DNA of 49,066 nt. Source: Candidatus Sysuimicrobiota bacterium CSP1-3. GTDB lineage: Bacteria > Sysuimicrobiota > Sysuimicrobiia > Sysuimicrobiales > Humicultoraceae. The stretch lies in NCBI GenBank assembly GCA_001443485.1, contig LDXQ01000007.1, positions 1-49,066 on the forward strand. The letters run 5' to 3'. The notes under the pieces are model-generated. The model saw only the letters and a list, made by a program, of their open reading frames with translations. It made no database searches and was not told where the DNA came from. The position numbers and the translations under genes are program-made. This document shows, in pieces, positions 26,803 to 37,621 of the stretch; position 1 is the first letter of the stretch; each line of letters starts with the position of its first letter.

Positions 26803-28334
26803 GGAGCGCGCCTCACTCGAGCGCACTCCTCGGTCTCGACGTCGGGACGACCGGCGCCAAGGCCGTGCTGATCGACCCCGACGGGCGGCTCCTCGGCGTC
26901 GCGACGACCGAGTACCCGCTGCTGACGCCCCGGCCGGGGTGGACCGAGCAGGACCCCGAAGCCTGGTGGGAGGCCAGCGTGGCCAGTATCCGCCGGGTAG
27001 TGCAGCAATCCGGAGTCGGCGCATCCGCGATCGCCGCAGTGGGACTCACCGGTCAGATGCATGGGCTGGTGGCCCTCGATGCCGCCGGCCGTGTCCTCCG
27101 CCCGGCGATTCTCTGGAACGACCAGCGGACCGTGGAAGAGTGCGCCTGGATTACCGAGCGCGTGGGCGCCTCCCGGGTGCTGGAGTTGACCGGCAACCCC
27201 GTGCTCACCGGGTTCACCGCACCGAAGATCGTCTGGATGCGGCGCCACGAGCCTGACCTGTACGCCCGGATCGCACACGTTCTCCTGCCCAAAGACTATG
27301 TGCGCCACCGGCTGACCGCAGAGTTCACGATCGACGTTGCGGACGCGTCCGGGACGTCGCTCTTCGACGTACGGCGCCGTGCCTGGTCGGGAGAGATGCT
27401 CGACGCCCTAGACATTCCGGCCGCGTGGCTCCCCTCCGTGGTGGAATCCCCTGTGCCTGCCGGAGCGGTCACGGCAGCGGCCGCGGCCGTCACCGGACTC
27501 GCACCGGGCACCGTGGTCGTGGGCGGGGCCGGTGACCAGGCGGCGCAGGCCGTAGGCAGCGGTGTCGTGCGTCCGGGCCTGGTCTCCGTGACCATCGGTA
27601 CCTCCGGCGTTGTCTTCGCTCACCTGGATGCCGTGGAGGTCGATCCCCTCGGTCGGCTCCATACCTTCTGCCACGCCGTCCCCGGCCGCTGGCACGTCAT
27701 GGGTGTGATGCTGTCGGCCGGCGGTTCACTGCGGTGGCTGCGGGACAGCCTGGGCCGCCAGACCTGGGGCGCCGAGGGCGGCGATCCGTACGACGTGATG
27801 ACCGCCGAGGCCGCCGGCGTGCCGCCGGGGGCAGAGGGCGTGGTCTTCCTGCCGTACCTCACGGGAGAGCGGACCCCACACGGCGATCCGCACGCGCGCG
27901 GGGCGTTCGTGGGCCTCACGCTGCGGCACCAGCGGGGCCACCTCGTCCGGGCGGTGCTGGAGGGGGTCGCCATGGGGCTGCGGGACGTCCTCGAGATCAT
28001 GAAGGACATGGGTGTGCGGATTGAGCAGGTTCGGGGCTCGGGCGGCGGGGCGCGGAGTCCCCTGTGGCGCCAGATCCTGGCCGACGTATTCGACAAGGAA
28101 GTCGTGACCGTGACGGCGACCGAGGGCGCGGCGTTTGGGGCGGCGATGCTGGCCGGGGTCGGCTCTGGAGTATTCCCATCTGTGGAGGCCGCCTGCGATC
28201 GGACGATCGCCATCGTCGACGCCACGGCCCCGAATCCGGCGGCCGCCGCCGTCTATGAGCGGCTGTACGATGTCTACCGCGGCCTGTACCCATCCCTCCG
28301 GTCGTCCATGCGCGACCTCGGGGGATTCGCCTGA
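26799..28334 (+). CDS. xylB: Xylulokinase
   Basis: LGLDVGTTGAK, LTGQMHG, ILWNDQRT, LLPKDY, DASGT, GAGDQAAQ, IGTSGVV, LPYLTGERTPH; GTGA overlap with upstream stop. Confidence 0.93.
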   Translation: MRSAPHSSALLGLDVGTTGAKAVLIDPDGRLLGVATTEYPLLTPRPGWTEQDPEAWWEASVASIRRVVQQSGVGASAIAAVGLTGQMHGLVALDAAGRVLRPAILWNDQRTVEECAWITERVGASRVLELTGNPVLTGFTAPKIVWMRRHEPDLYARIAHVLLPKDYVRHRLTAEFTIDVADASGTSLFDVRRRAWSGEMLDALDIPAAWLPSVVESPVPAGAVTAAAAAVTGLAPGTVVVGGAGDQAAQAVGSGVVRPGLVSVTIGTSGVVFAHLDAVEVDPLGRLHTFCHAVPGRWHVMGVMLSAGGSLRWLRDSLGRQTWGAEGGDPYDVMTAEAAGVPPGAEGVVFLPYLTGERTPHGDPHARGAFVGLTLRHQRGHLVRAVLEGVAMGLRDVLEIMKDMGVRIEQVRGSGGGARSPLWRQILADVFDKEVVTVTATEGAAFGAAMLAGVGSGVFPSVEAACDRTIAIVDATAPNPAAAAVYERLYDVYRGLYPSLRSSMRDLGGFA

Positions 28335-28516
28335 GTGAACCCGGGCCTGCGCCGGATGCAGGGAAGATGAAGCGACGGCCAGAACAAAGGTAGAACATTC
28401 CGGGCGATGCAGCGGTGCAGTCTTGGCTGACCTTTCGCGGGGAGGTGGTATCCGCAGGGACCGGGTCGGCGTGTCGGCTTTGGCCTGAAGCCCACAAGGC
28501 TATGGAGGGGATGCCC

Positions 28517-29569
28517 GTGAAGGGGAGACGTTTGGCCGCAGTTGTTGTGACGCTCCTGTTCGTGTTCACTTCGTTAAGCCTGGTTTCCGCGCAGCAGAAA
28601 ACGATCACCGTCGGTGTGAGCTGGGCCAACTTCCAGGAGGAGCGCTGGAAGATTGACGAGGCGGCGATCAAGGCCGCGCTGGCGAAGGCGGGCGCGCGCT
28701 ACGTCAGCGCCGACGCCCAGAGCTCCAACGAGAAGCAGATCTCGGACGTCGAGGGGCTCATCGCCCGCGGCGTGAACGCGCTGATCATTCTGGCCTGGGA
28801 CAAGGACGCCGTCCTCCCAGCCGTGAACAAAGCCAAGGCCGAGAAGATCCCGGTCATCGGCTACGACCGTCTCATCGAGACGCCGGGCGTCTTCTACATC
28901 ACCTTCGACAACCGCGAAGTCGGCAGGATGCAGGCGCGGGAGGTGTTCAAAGTCCGGCCGAAGGGGAACTACGTGTTCATCAAAGGCAGCAGCACCGACC
29001 CCAACGCCGACTTCGTTCACGGGGGCCAGCTGGATATCCTGGGCGCGGCGATCAAGAAGGGCGACATCAAGGTCGTCGGCGAGCAGTATACCGACGGGTG
29101 GCGACCCGAGGTCGCGCAGAAGAACATGGAGCAGATCCTCACCCGGACCAACAACAAAGTGGACGCGGTCGTCTCCTCCAATGACGGGATGGCCGGCGGG
29201 GTCATCGCGGCGCTCGCCGCCGTCGGTCTGGCCGGCAAGGTGCCGGTGTCTGGCCAGGACGGCGACATCGTCGCGCTGAACCACGTGGCCAAGGGCAATC
29301 AGACCGTGAGCGTCTGGAAGGACGCCCGCGACCTGGGCCGCGCCGCCGGCGAGGTGGCGGTGGCGCTGGCAAGGGGGACGGCCCTCAACAAGGTCAAGGG
29401 GGCGGTCAAGTTCAAGGGGCCCAGGGGCGTGACGATGGACTCGATCCTGCTCAAGCCCGTCCCCATCGTCTTTGGGAACCTGGACCTCGTGATCAAAGCG
29501 AAGTGGGCCACCAAGGCCCAGGTCTGCCAGGGGGTCAATCCAGCCAAGGCGCCCCCGGCCTGCAAGTGA
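28517..29569 (+). CDS. xylF: D-xylose ABC transporter substrate-binding protein
   Basis: Signal peptide; [41 protein letters not shown]; GGAGGGG RBS. Confidence 0.88.
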   Translation: MKGRRLAAVVVTLLFVFTSLSLVSAQQKTITVGVSWANFQEERWKIDEAAIKAALAKAGARYVSADAQSSNEKQISDVEGLIARGVNALIILAWDKDAVLPAVNKAKAEKIPVIGYDRLIETPGVFYITFDNREVGRMQAREVFKVRPKGNYVFIKGSSTDPNADFVHGGQLDILGAAIKKGDIKVVGEQYTDGWRPEVAQKNMEQILTRTNNKVDAVVSSNDGMAGGVIAALAAVGLAGKVPVSGQDGDIVALNHVAKGNQTVSVWKDARDLGRAAGEVAVALARGTALNKVKGAVKFKGPRGVTMDSILLKPVPIVFGNLDLVIKAKWATKAQVCQGVNPAKAPPACK

Positions 29570-29585
29570 TGCAGCGGTAGCGATC

Positions 29586-29628
29586 GAGGTGCCGCCGGTT
29601 AGACCCACCCGGCTCCCGGCGGCACCTC
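29586..29628 (+). other. GC-rich hairpin after xylF (likely mRNA stabiliser/attenuator)
   Basis: 13-bp perfect stem GAGGTGCCGCCGG / CCGGCGGCACCTC, no U-tract. Confidence 0.6.
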
Positions 29629-29649
29629 AATTTCACGCGGGGAGACGTT

Positions 29650-30915
29650 GTGTCGGTCGAAACCACAGCTCCGCGCCAGACCCCGGCTGAGGCTCCCCCC
29701 CCGGCGCGCTTCGGCCGGGTGAACGTCTTCCAGCGGTTCGCCGCTTGGGCCGGCTTCGACACCCGCCTGATGGGGATGGTGGCGGCGCTGGCCGTCATCT
29801 GGGTCGGCTTCCACCTGCAGACAGGGCTCTTCCTTACCCCGCGCAACCTGTGGAACCTGATGGTTCAGAGCAGCGTGGTCGGGGTCATGGTGGGCGGTAT
29901 GGTCCTGGTGATCGTCGCCCGCCAGATCGACCTCTCTGTGGGGTCCGTCCTCGGTTTCGTGGGCATGGTTATGGCCTTTATGCAGGTCCAGGTCTTCCCG
30001 CTGGAGGTCTGGTGGAACCCGCTGGCCACGATCCTGATCGGCCTTTCCTTAGGCGCTCTCATCGGGGCGTTTCACGGCTACGTCGTCGCCTACCTGGAGG
30101 TCCCGTCCTTCATTGTCACGCTGGGCTCGCTGCTGGCGTTCCGCGGAGGTGCCTGGCTGGTCACGAGCGGGCGCACGATGGCCCCGCTCGATACGACCTA
30201 CCAGATCTTCGGCGGGGGCATCAACGGTTCCATCGGGGCTACCTGGAGCTGGGTCGGCGGTCTGGCGGCCATCGTCATCCTCGTCTGGTACTTCGTCAGC
30301 TCACGCGCCAGGCGGCGGAAGTACGGGTTCACGGTGCGGCCGCTGTGGGGCGAGTTCCTGGTCATCGCGATCAACGTCGGCTTCGTGGCCGGGTTTGTCC
30401 AGCTGATGAACTCCTACCCCTTCCCCGGAACGACCGTGCCCCGGGGGCTCCCCGTGCCCGTCCTGATGATGCTCGGGCTGGGGATACTCATGAGCACCGT
30501 CCTGCGCTCGACCCGATTCTGGCGCTACGTCTTCGCGATCGGCGGCAACCCGGAGGCGGCGCGCTTTTCGGGGATCCCCACGCGCCGGATCACGTTGGTC
30601 GTCTTCGTGATCATGGGCGTCCTGGCGGCGATCGCGGGGATCATCGCCACCGCCCGGTTGAACGCGGGCACGAACTCCGCGGGCGAACTGGCGGAGTTGA
30701 GCGTCATCGCCGCGGCGGTCATCGGCGGGACGTCGCTGTCCGGGGGCGTCGGCAGCATCCCGGGGGCGATGATCGGGGCGGTCCTGATGGAGAGCCTGCG
30801 GAACGGCATGGTGCTGATGGACCTGCCCAGCGCGCTGCAGAACGTCGTGCAGGGCGCGGTCCTGGTGCTGGCTGTCTGGCTGGACGTCGTCTATCAACGG
30901 TACCGTCGGCGGTAG
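29650..30915 (+). CDS. xylH: Sugar (xylose) ABC transporter permease
   Basis: [43 protein letters not shown]. Confidence 0.9.
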   Translation: MSVETTAPRQTPAEAPPPARFGRVNVFQRFAAWAGFDTRLMGMVAALAVIWVGFHLQTGLFLTPRNLWNLMVQSSVVGVMVGGMVLVIVARQIDLSVGSVLGFVGMVMAFMQVQVFPLEVWWNPLATILIGLSLGALIGAFHGYVVAYLEVPSFIVTLGSLLAFRGGAWLVTSGRTMAPLDTTYQIFGGGINGSIGATWSWVGGLAAIVILVWYFVSSRARRRKYGFTVRPLWGEFLVIAINVGFVAGFVQLMNSYPFPGTTVPRGLPVPVLMMLGLGILMSTVLRSTRFWRYVFAIGGNPEAARFSGIPTRRITLVVFVIMGVLAAIAGIIATARLNAGTNSAGELAELSVIAAAVIGGTSLSGGVGSIPGAMIGAVLMESLRNGMVLMDLPSALQNVVQGAVLVLAVWLDVVYQRYRRR

Positions 30916-30943
30916 CTCGCCGGCGTCGATGGAGGGGGCGCGC

Positions 30944-31717
30944 GTGGAACGACAGCCTCTCGTAGAGATGCGCAGTATCTACAAGGCCTTCGGTGGCGTC
31001 CACGCACTCGAGGATGTCACGGTCGACCTCTACGCAGGCGAGGTGGTCGGCCTCGTCGGCCACAACGGGGCAGGAAAGTCTACGCTGATCAAGATCCTCT
31101 CCGGCGTCTATGGAGCGGACAGCGGGCGGATCTTTATCGACGGTCAAGAGGTGACGATCCGCAATCCGCGGGACGCGCGCGGGCACGGGATCGAGACGAT
31201 CTACCAGAACCTGGCCCTGGCCGATAACCTGGACGCGCCGGCCAACATCTTCCTGGGCCGCGAGATCATGCGGGGAATCTCGCTGAACGAGGACGCGATG
31301 GAGGCGGAGAGCCGCAAGGTGCTGAACCGCCTGCGCATCAGCGTCCCTTCCCTCCGCGAGAGCGTCCTCAACCTCTCCGGCGGACAGCGCCAGGCGGTCG
31401 CCATCGGGCGGGCGATCTACTTCAATGCCCGCATCCTGATCATGGACGAGCCGACGGCCGCGCTGGGCCCGCAGGAGGCCCGCCAGGTCGGCGAGCTGAT
31501 CAAACAGCTCAAGGGACAAGGGCTGGGTATCTTTCTGATCAGTCACGACATCCACGACGTCTTCGACCACGCCGACCGCATCAGCGTGCTGAAAACCGGG
31601 CGCCTCGTGGGGACGGTGCGCACCGCCGAGGTCACCAAGGACGATGTTTTGACGATGATCATCGCCGGCACCCTGCCGGGAAAGACCCAGGGCAACGCGG
31701 CGGTCGCCGGCGGGTAG
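30944..31717 (+). CDS. xylG: Sugar ABC transporter ATP-binding protein (single NBD)
   Basis: [28 protein letters not shown]. Confidence 0.9.
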   Translation: MERQPLVEMRSIYKAFGGVHALEDVTVDLYAGEVVGLVGHNGAGKSTLIKILSGVYGADSGRIFIDGQEVTIRNPRDARGHGIETIYQNLALADNLDAPANIFLGREIMRGISLNEDAMEAESRKVLNRLRISVPSLRESVLNLSGGQRQAVAIGRAIYFNARILIMDEPTAALGPQEARQVGELIKQLKGQGLGIFLISHDIHDVFDHADRISVLKTGRLVGTVRTAEVTKDDVLTMIIAGTLPGKTQGNAAVAGG

Positions 31718-31720
31718 GGT

Positions 31721-33064
31721 GTGGACGTTCAGTTCGTTGAACTGAGCCTGCCGGAGTTCGACGTCCCGACGGAAGTCCCTGTTCTCCCCCCACGCATCTT
31801 CCACGAACGGTACCGGCGGCTGGAACGCGCCCGCGAGGCCGCGGGATTTGACTGCCTGGCGGTTTACGCGGACCGGGAGCACAGCGCCAACCTGGCCTGG
31901 CTCACCGGCTTCGACCCCCGCTTTGAGGAAGCCCTCTGGCTCCAGGGGTTAGCCGACAGACCGACTCTCCTGGTCGGCAACGAAAACCTCGGCTACGCCC
32001 CCTCGCAACTGCAGGTCCCCGCCGACATCGCCCTCTATCAGCCCTTCAGCCTGCCGAATCAGGACCGGAGCCGGAGCGCCGACCTCGTCGGTCTGCTGAA
32101 GAAGGCGGGAGTAGGGGGTCCGCTCCGCTGCGGCCTGGTCGGGTGGAAGCCGCAGCCCCTCCCGGACGTGCCCTACTGGATCGTGCAGGCCTTCGCCGGA
32201 CTCACGGGCCAGACTCCGGCCAATGCCGCGGGCCTCCTGATGGCCCCGGACGACGGCCTGCGGGTCGTCCTCGAGCCCGAGATGATCCGCTTCTGCGAGT
32301 ACGCGTCCTCTCTCACCAGCGCGGCGCTCCGCACATGGGTGTTCTCCCTGCGCGAGGGGATGACCGAACGGGAGGCCGCGGCGAGCCTCGTCTCCTTGGG
32401 CCTGGAACTGAGCTGCCACCCGATGGTGAACTTTGGGCGCCCTATCCCCAGCGGGCTGAAGAGCCCACGTAACGGGCGCGCGGTGCGCGGCGAGTACGCG
32501 CAGGCGGCGTTTGGTGTGATCGGGGCACTGACCTGCCGGGCCGGAAGGCTTATCGATGCCCGGGACGCGGAGGATGAGGATCGCTACTTCGACCTCGTGG
32601 AGAATTACCTCCGGGTCGTCCACGCCTGGTACGCGGCGGTGGGCGTGGGCGCGCGCGGGGGCGACGTCGTGGCCGCGGCGGAGCGGGCGAAATCCGACCA
32701 GTGGGATTTCGCCGTCAATCCGGGGCACCTGATCCACCTGGACGAGTGGGTGGGCAGTCCCTTCTCTCCCGGCTTCGCCGGCACGCTGAAGTCAGGGCAC
32801 GCCATCCAGCAGGACATCATCCCCGTGCCCCGGCAGGGGGCCGCCGTCGTCAACATGGAAGACGGTTTGGTCCTGGCCGATGACGACCTCAGGGCACGCC
32901 TGCGGCGTCTGGATCCTCAGATGACGCAGCGGTGCGACGCGCGGCGGGCGCTGATGGAGCACCTGGGGTACGAGATCCGGCCGGAGGTTGTGCCTCTCAG
33001 CAACATTGCGGGCGCCTTCTTTCCCTACTTGCTCGACGCCCGCTACGTCGCGAAGTTCTCGTAG
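31721..33064 (+). CDS. Xaa-Pro aminopeptidase-like (M24/creatinase fold) protein of unknown function
   Basis: [26 protein letters not shown]-domain; [22 protein letters not shown] pita-bread-like C-domain; 3 nt after xylG. Confidence 0.7.
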   Translation: MDVQFVELSLPEFDVPTEVPVLPPRIFHERYRRLERAREAAGFDCLAVYADREHSANLAWLTGFDPRFEEALWLQGLADRPTLLVGNENLGYAPSQLQVPADIALYQPFSLPNQDRSRSADLVGLLKKAGVGGPLRCGLVGWKPQPLPDVPYWIVQAFAGLTGQTPANAAGLLMAPDDGLRVVLEPEMIRFCEYASSLTSAALRTWVFSLREGMTEREAAASLVSLGLELSCHPMVNFGRPIPSGLKSPRNGRAVRGEYAQAAFGVIGALTCRAGRLIDARDAEDEDRYFDLVENYLRVVHAWYAAVGVGARGGDVVAAAERAKSDQWDFAVNPGHLIHLDEWVGSPFSPGFAGTLKSGHAIQQDIIPVPRQGAAVVNMEDGLVLADDDLRARLRRLDPQMTQRCDARRALMEHLGYEIRPEVVPLSNIAGAFFPYLLDARYVAKFS

Positions 33065-33079
33065 CAGGCTACCGTGGCC

Positions 33080-34738
33080 TCACTTCCCGGGCGGGCGCCA
33101 CGGCACCGCCTGGTTCGCGCCGCGCTCCAGGGAGACGAACTGATTGGCGGACACGCGCACCGGCGGGCCCCATTCCCCGGCGGGCCACTGCACGCGGACG
33201 ACCGCGTCCCGGGCCCGCCCCAGGCCAAAGTGGATCCAGCCGAGCTGGCCGCCGGCGTGGCCGCCGCCGATGGTCACCTCGCGGCGCAGCGTGCGCTCCC
33301 CCACCTGCACCTCGACCCAGGCGCCGATCGCGTCCCGATTGCCGCCCGGCTGGCGTAGTCGCAGGGCGAGCCAGTTGCCTAGCGGCCGGGAGCGGCCGGC
33401 GGTGCCGCGGCCCACGTTGCGCCAGAGCTTCACGTTCTCCCGGCGGTTGACGACGACGAGATCCGGCAGACCGTCCAGGTTAAAGTCCGCCAGGGCGGCG
33501 CCGCGGGCCCGGGCGAAGGTGAGGATGCCGGCGGCTTCGGCGGCCTCCACGAACTGGCCGTCGGGCTGTCCCAGCAGCAGGTTGCTCGGATCGCGCTGCG
33601 CGGCTTCCGCCATCGCTTCGACGTTCCCCTTGGCGATGAAGAGGTCGATGAACCCGTCGTTGTTCACATCACAAAACTCCGCGTGCCAGGCGGTGGAGGG
33701 GCGCGTGTCGCCCCCGGTGAAGGGCCGATGGGCGGTCACGCCGCGCGCGCGGGCCATGTCGGTATAGGCCGGTCGCCCCGGCCCTTCGGCCAGGCTGCGC
33801 AGCTTGTTGTCCGCCATGCTTGTGAGGAAATATTCAGGGTAGCCGTCGCCGGTCACGTCGTAGGAGGCGATCCCCATGCCGTTGATCTCCAACTTCTGCC
33901 AGCCGTCGGCCCGCCCGTAGAGCGCCGGCGCCTCGCCCGGCCGGACGCGCCAGAGCTGGTCTTCTCCTCCGCGGTAGTAGTGCCGGTCGTTCGTCACCAG
34001 CAGGTCGGCATGGCCCGATCGGTTCCAGTCGCTGAAGAGAGTCGAGAGCGTGCAGTAGCCGGGCGTCAGGGGGATGGGCGCGGCGAAACCACGCCCGCCC
34101 TCCGCGGGCCGATAGAGGACATTGTCGTGACAGGTGCCAAACGGTGCGCCGGGTCGGCTGCGGTCGACGTAGTTCCCCACGGCGAGGGTCGGCCAGCCGC
34201 TGCCGGCCTCCCAGTGGGCGCTGAACGCGGTCGTCCAGGCATCACCGCCGGCGAAGCCCCAGGCTTCGTTGGCCCGCTCGAACCGGCAGTCCCCGCGGCC
34301 CCGCAGCAGGACGTTTTCGCCCACGCGGAGGACGGCGAGGTCGACGTTCCCATCGCCGTCGATGTCGACGGGATAGGCGCCGGTCACCGCCTCGAGGCCG
34401 ACGGCGGGGTCGGTCAGGTGCGTGAAGCGCAGCGTGGCGCCGACGAGACTGTCGTTGCGATACAGCGCGGCGGGGTTCTGCCCTCCGGCGACGAACAGGT
34501 CCGGACGCCCGTCCGCGTTGCAGTCGAAGACCGCGACGCCCCCGCCCACGTAGAACTCCCAGTCGCCGTCGTAGACCTGGGCGAGACTAGCCGGCGCGGC
34601 CTCCTCCACAAAGCGCGGTGGCCGGACCGCCGCCGTCGAGGCGCAGCCCACCGCCACGATGAGGCTGAGGCCGATGGCCAGCGCGGCGCTGCGCCGGCGG
34701 GATGCGGGTCGCGGAACCTGGAGTTCACCGGGGGACAT
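33080..34738 (-). CDS. CRTAC1 family lipoprotein (FG-GAP repeats + ASPIC/UnbV domain)
   Basis: Lipobox AVGC; D.N.DG..DL repeats; C-terminal NRDAIGAWVEV...GGGHAGG...HFGLG. Confidence 0.88.
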   Translation of the reverse strand: MSPGELQVPRPASRRRSAALAIGLSLIVAVGCASTAAVRPPRFVEEAAPASLAQVYDGDWEFYVGGGVAVFDCNADGRPDLFVAGGQNPAALYRNDSLVGATLRFTHLTDPAVGLEAVTGAYPVDIDGDGNVDLAVLRVGENVLLRGRGDCRFERANEAWGFAGGDAWTTAFSAHWEAGSGWPTLAVGNYVDRSRPGAPFGTCHDNVLYRPAEGGRGFAAPIPLTPGYCTLSTLFSDWNRSGHADLLVTNDRHYYRGGEDQLWRVRPGEAPALYGRADGWQKLEINGMGIASYDVTGDGYPEYFLTSMADNKLRSLAEGPGRPAYTDMARARGVTAHRPFTGGDTRPSTAWHAEFCDVNNDGFIDLFIAKGNVEAMAEAAQRDPSNLLLGQPDGQFVEAAEAAGILTFARARGAALADFNLDGLPDLVVVNRRENVKLWRNVGRGTAGRSRPLGNWLALRLRQPGGNRDAIGAWVEVQVGERTLRREVTIGGGHAGGQLGWIHFGLGRARDAVVRVQWPAGEWGPPVRVSANQFVSLERGANQAVPWRPPGK

Positions 34739-34798
34739 GGTAAGGCTAATTGGACTGCGGGCGCGCGCACTCCTGCGCGCCCGCGGGCGGAGTCGAGG

Positions 34799-35329
34799 TT
34801 AGGAGAGCGGACCCGGGCGAAACGCCTTGAGGATTTCGTCGCACTGCTTCTGTCCATCCCGCCACCGGTCCAAGGGTTTGGCGCAGACGACGTAGTGGAA
34901 GGCCTGCCGGCCGGTCACCAGCAGTCCGACCGAGGCCCACTCCCGACCCCGCGACGTCCCCGTGACCTCGAAGCGGTGCCAGACCGCGCCCTGTTCTTCT
35001 TTGAACCGCCGGAAGCCCGAGACCCCGTGAATCGGCAGCAGGTTCAACCCGAGCTGCCGGGCTTCGTCGTCGCTGAGGGGTCCGGGTTGGGCATCCGTCA
35101 GGACCAGCAGGAACTCGGCCGCGGACTGGGGCGTCCCGCCGGCGCTGGAGGGCAGGAACCAGACGCGGGCGTCGTCGGCGACCGTGACGATCTCCCAGCC
35201 CCGCGGGTAGGCGATTGAGAACTTCTGCTTCTCGCTCGTGAAGGAGGCGAAGGCCGGCGGGCGCGCACAGGCGGCGGCCAGCGCGACCGCGCCGAGCAAG
35301 ATCACCAGCGTGCCGGGGAGCCATCTCAT
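34799..35329 (-). CDS. Hypothetical lipoprotein (PsbP-like FSIAYP.GW motif)
   Basis: Lipobox LAAAC; FSIAYPRGW; C-terminal ILKAFR. Confidence 0.7.
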   Translation of the reverse strand: MRWLPGTLVILLGAVALAAACARPPAFASFTSEKQKFSIAYPRGWEIVTVADDARVWFLPSSAGGTPQSAAEFLLVLTDAQPGPLSDDEARQLGLNLLPIHGVSGFRRFKEEQGAVWHRFEVTGTSRGREWASVGLLVTGRQAFHYVVCAKPLDRWRDGQKQCDEILKAFRPGPLS

Positions 35330-35424
35330 CCGGACTCTATCCTAACGCGCCGCGCCCGCTTCGGGATGGCCCAAACATACTCTTGACCGCCGCGGGGCGT
35401 GACGGAATAGTTGTGGCAGACGCC

Positions 35425-36087
35425 ATGATCACCGTGACGATTGATCCCCAGGTTGGAGAGTACGTCCGCATCGGGCTCGTGGAAGCGCGCCAGGTCTTGG
35501 TCCGGCCCGCGGAGGAGGCGCTGCGCGCCGAACTGGACTCCGTGGCCCGCGCCCTGCGCGACCGCTACACCGGCCTCGAGCCGGCGCAGATCGACGGCCT
35601 GCAGCCCGCCCGCGAATTGTACAGGCGGCTGGGCATCGATCCCACGCGGCTCCGCCCCTCGTCGGAGGCGCTGCTGCGGCGCGTCCTGCGCGGAGAAGAG
35701 GTCCCCGCCGTCAACTCCCTCGTGGACACCGGCAACCTCTGCTCCCTGGACTTCCTCCTCCCCGTGGGCATGCACGACCTGGGACTCGTGCACGGCGGGG
35801 TGACGTTGCGCCGCGGCCGGCCCATCGAGATGTTCGAGGCCATTGGGAAGTCCTACTACAGCGTGGAGGGAAGGCTCGTGCTGGCAGATGAGACCGGACC
35901 CTGCGGCACGCCCACCAGCGATTCGGTGCGCACGATGATCACCGACGCCACGGTGCGCTGCCTGATGGTGCTGTACGCGCCCAGCACGCTGCCGGCGGAG
36001 CGGATGGCAGACCACGTGCGCACCGTCGCCGCCCGCGTCCAGCGGTACACCGGCGGCACCATCGTCGGCACGGCCGTGCTGCCCTGA
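35425..36087 (+). CDS. Stand-alone B3/B4 domain protein (PheRS beta editing-domain homolog)
   Basis: RELYRRLGIDPTRLRPSSEALLRR, VNSLVD.GN, GMHD, LADETGPCG.P; start could be GTG 35413. Confidence 0.87.
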   Translation: MITVTIDPQVGEYVRIGLVEARQVLVRPAEEALRAELDSVARALRDRYTGLEPAQIDGLQPARELYRRLGIDPTRLRPSSEALLRRVLRGEEVPAVNSLVDTGNLCSLDFLLPVGMHDLGLVHGGVTLRRGRPIEMFEAIGKSYYSVEGRLVLADETGPCGTPTSDSVRTMITDATVRCLMVLYAPSTLPAERMADHVRTVAARVQRYTGGTIVGTAVLP

Positions 36088-36105
36088 CCACGGCCCAGCG
36101 CGGCG

Positions 36106-37104
36106 ATGCGCGTCCAGGAACTGCGCCGGCCGGCACCAATCGAGTCCAATCCCCTCACTCTCGCCTCGCGCCCCGTCCCGTCCCCCGGGCCGGGTGAGGT
36201 GCTCCTGCGGATCGTCGCGACCGGAGTGTGCCACACCGACCTGCACATCGCGGAAGGCGAGTTGCCGCCGCGCCGGGATGTGGTCGTCCCCGGGCACCAG
36301 GTCGTCGGCCTTGTGGAGCAGGTCGGTCCCGGCGGGGACCTCGTCCAGGGGCAGCGGGTGGGCGTGACCTGGCTCTTTCGCTCCTGCGGGCAGTGTGCCG
36401 CCTGCCGGCGCGGCGAGGAGAACCTCTGCCCCGAGGCGCGCTTTACCGGCTACGACGTGGATGGCGGCTATGCCGAATTCATGTGTGCGGACGCCAGGTT
36501 CGTCTACCCGATCCCCCAGCGCTTTTCCGCCGCGGAGGCGGCGCCGCTGCTCTGCGCGGGGATCATCGGCTACCGTGCGCTGCGCAAAGCGGACGTGACC
36601 CCGGGTGAGCGCGTGGGGCTGTTCGGCTTCGGGGCCTCGGCCCACCTGGCGATCCAGGTGGCGGTGCACTGGGGGTGCGAGGTTTTCGTCTTCACGCACA
36701 GCGCCGGGCACCGCGCGCTGGCGGTCGAGTTGGGTGCGGCCTGGACCGGATCGGCCGACGACCGCCCACCCCGGCCGCTCGACCGGGCGATTCTCTTTGC
36801 GCCGGCGGGCGCGCTCATCCCGCAGGCGCTGGCGGCCCTGCGTCCCGGTGGAACACTGGCGATCAACGCTGTGTACCTGGATCGGATTCCCGAGATGGAG
36901 TACGGCCTGCTCTACGGCGAGCGCACCCTGCGCTCGGTCAGCAACCTGACCCCGCAGGACGCCCGGGAGTTCCTTATCCTGGCCGCGGCGATCCCCGTGC
37001 GCACGGAGGTGGAACGCTTCTCGCTCGAGGAAGCGAACGCGGCGCTGCAGAAACTGAAGCGCCGCCAGATCAAAGGCGCCGCCGTCCTGGCTATCGCCAC
37101 TTGA
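36106..37104 (+). CDS. Zinc-dependent alcohol dehydrogenase
   Basis: GVCHTDLH, GHQVVG, CGQCAACRRGEENLC, LLCAGIIGYR, GFGASAH. Confidence 0.93.
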   Translation: MRVQELRRPAPIESNPLTLASRPVPSPGPGEVLLRIVATGVCHTDLHIAEGELPPRRDVVVPGHQVVGLVEQVGPGGDLVQGQRVGVTWLFRSCGQCAACRRGEENLCPEARFTGYDVDGGYAEFMCADARFVYPIPQRFSAAEAAPLLCAGIIGYRALRKADVTPGERVGLFGFGASAHLAIQVAVHWGCEVFVFTHSAGHRALAVELGAAWTGSADDRPPRPLDRAILFAPAGALIPQALAALRPGGTLAINAVYLDRIPEMEYGLLYGERTLRSVSNLTPQDAREFLILAAAIPVRTEVERFSLEEANAALQKLKRRQIKGAAVLAIAT

Positions 37105-37621
37105 TGGAGCAGCCGCGGGGCGGCGTCTCCGCTACCGCCGGCGCTTGATCCGCCAGCACCGCCTCGACCGCGTCCCGCAGGTAGTGTTGCCGCACCGCCT
37201 GGGGGTCCTCGGAGTTGTCGTCCGGCGCGCCATGATAGCGCAGCGTCCGGGCGGCGTCAAAGAGGAAGATCTCCGGCGTGCGCGTGGCGCCGTAGCGCCG
37301 CGCCACCTCCTGGTTCTCGTCGAAGAGGTAGGGGAAGGGATAGTCCTTCAGCCGCGCCCGCACCTGCATCTGCTCGAAGGAGTCCTCCGGGTACTTCGCC
37401 GGGTCGTTGCTGTTGATCAGCACGAAGCGCACGCCCCGCCCGGCGAACTCGTGCTGCAGGGCGATCACCCGGTCCTCCCAGGCTCGCACGTAGGGGCAGT
37501 GGTTGCACCAGAAGATCACGGCGAGGGCCTTCGCCTCGCCGAAGTCCTCGGGCGAGGAGGTCGTCCCGGCCACACCGGGCAGTGCAAAGGAGATGAACTG
37601 CTGATTTGTCGCCAGCGTCAT
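37091..37621 (-). CDS. Thioredoxin family / AhpC-TSA redoxin
   Basis: WCNHCPYV, INSNDP..YPEDS, YLFDENQEVA..YGA.RTPE, GCSIKW. Confidence 0.9.
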   Translation of the reverse strand: MTLATNQQFISFALPGVAGTTSSPEDFGEAKALAVIFWCNHCPYVRAWEDRVIALQHEFAGRGVRFVLINSNDPAKYPEDSFEQMQVRARLKDYPFPYLFDENQEVARRYGATRTPEIFLFDAARTLRYHGAPDDNSEDPQAVRQHYLRDAVEAVLADQAPAVAETPPRGCSIKWR

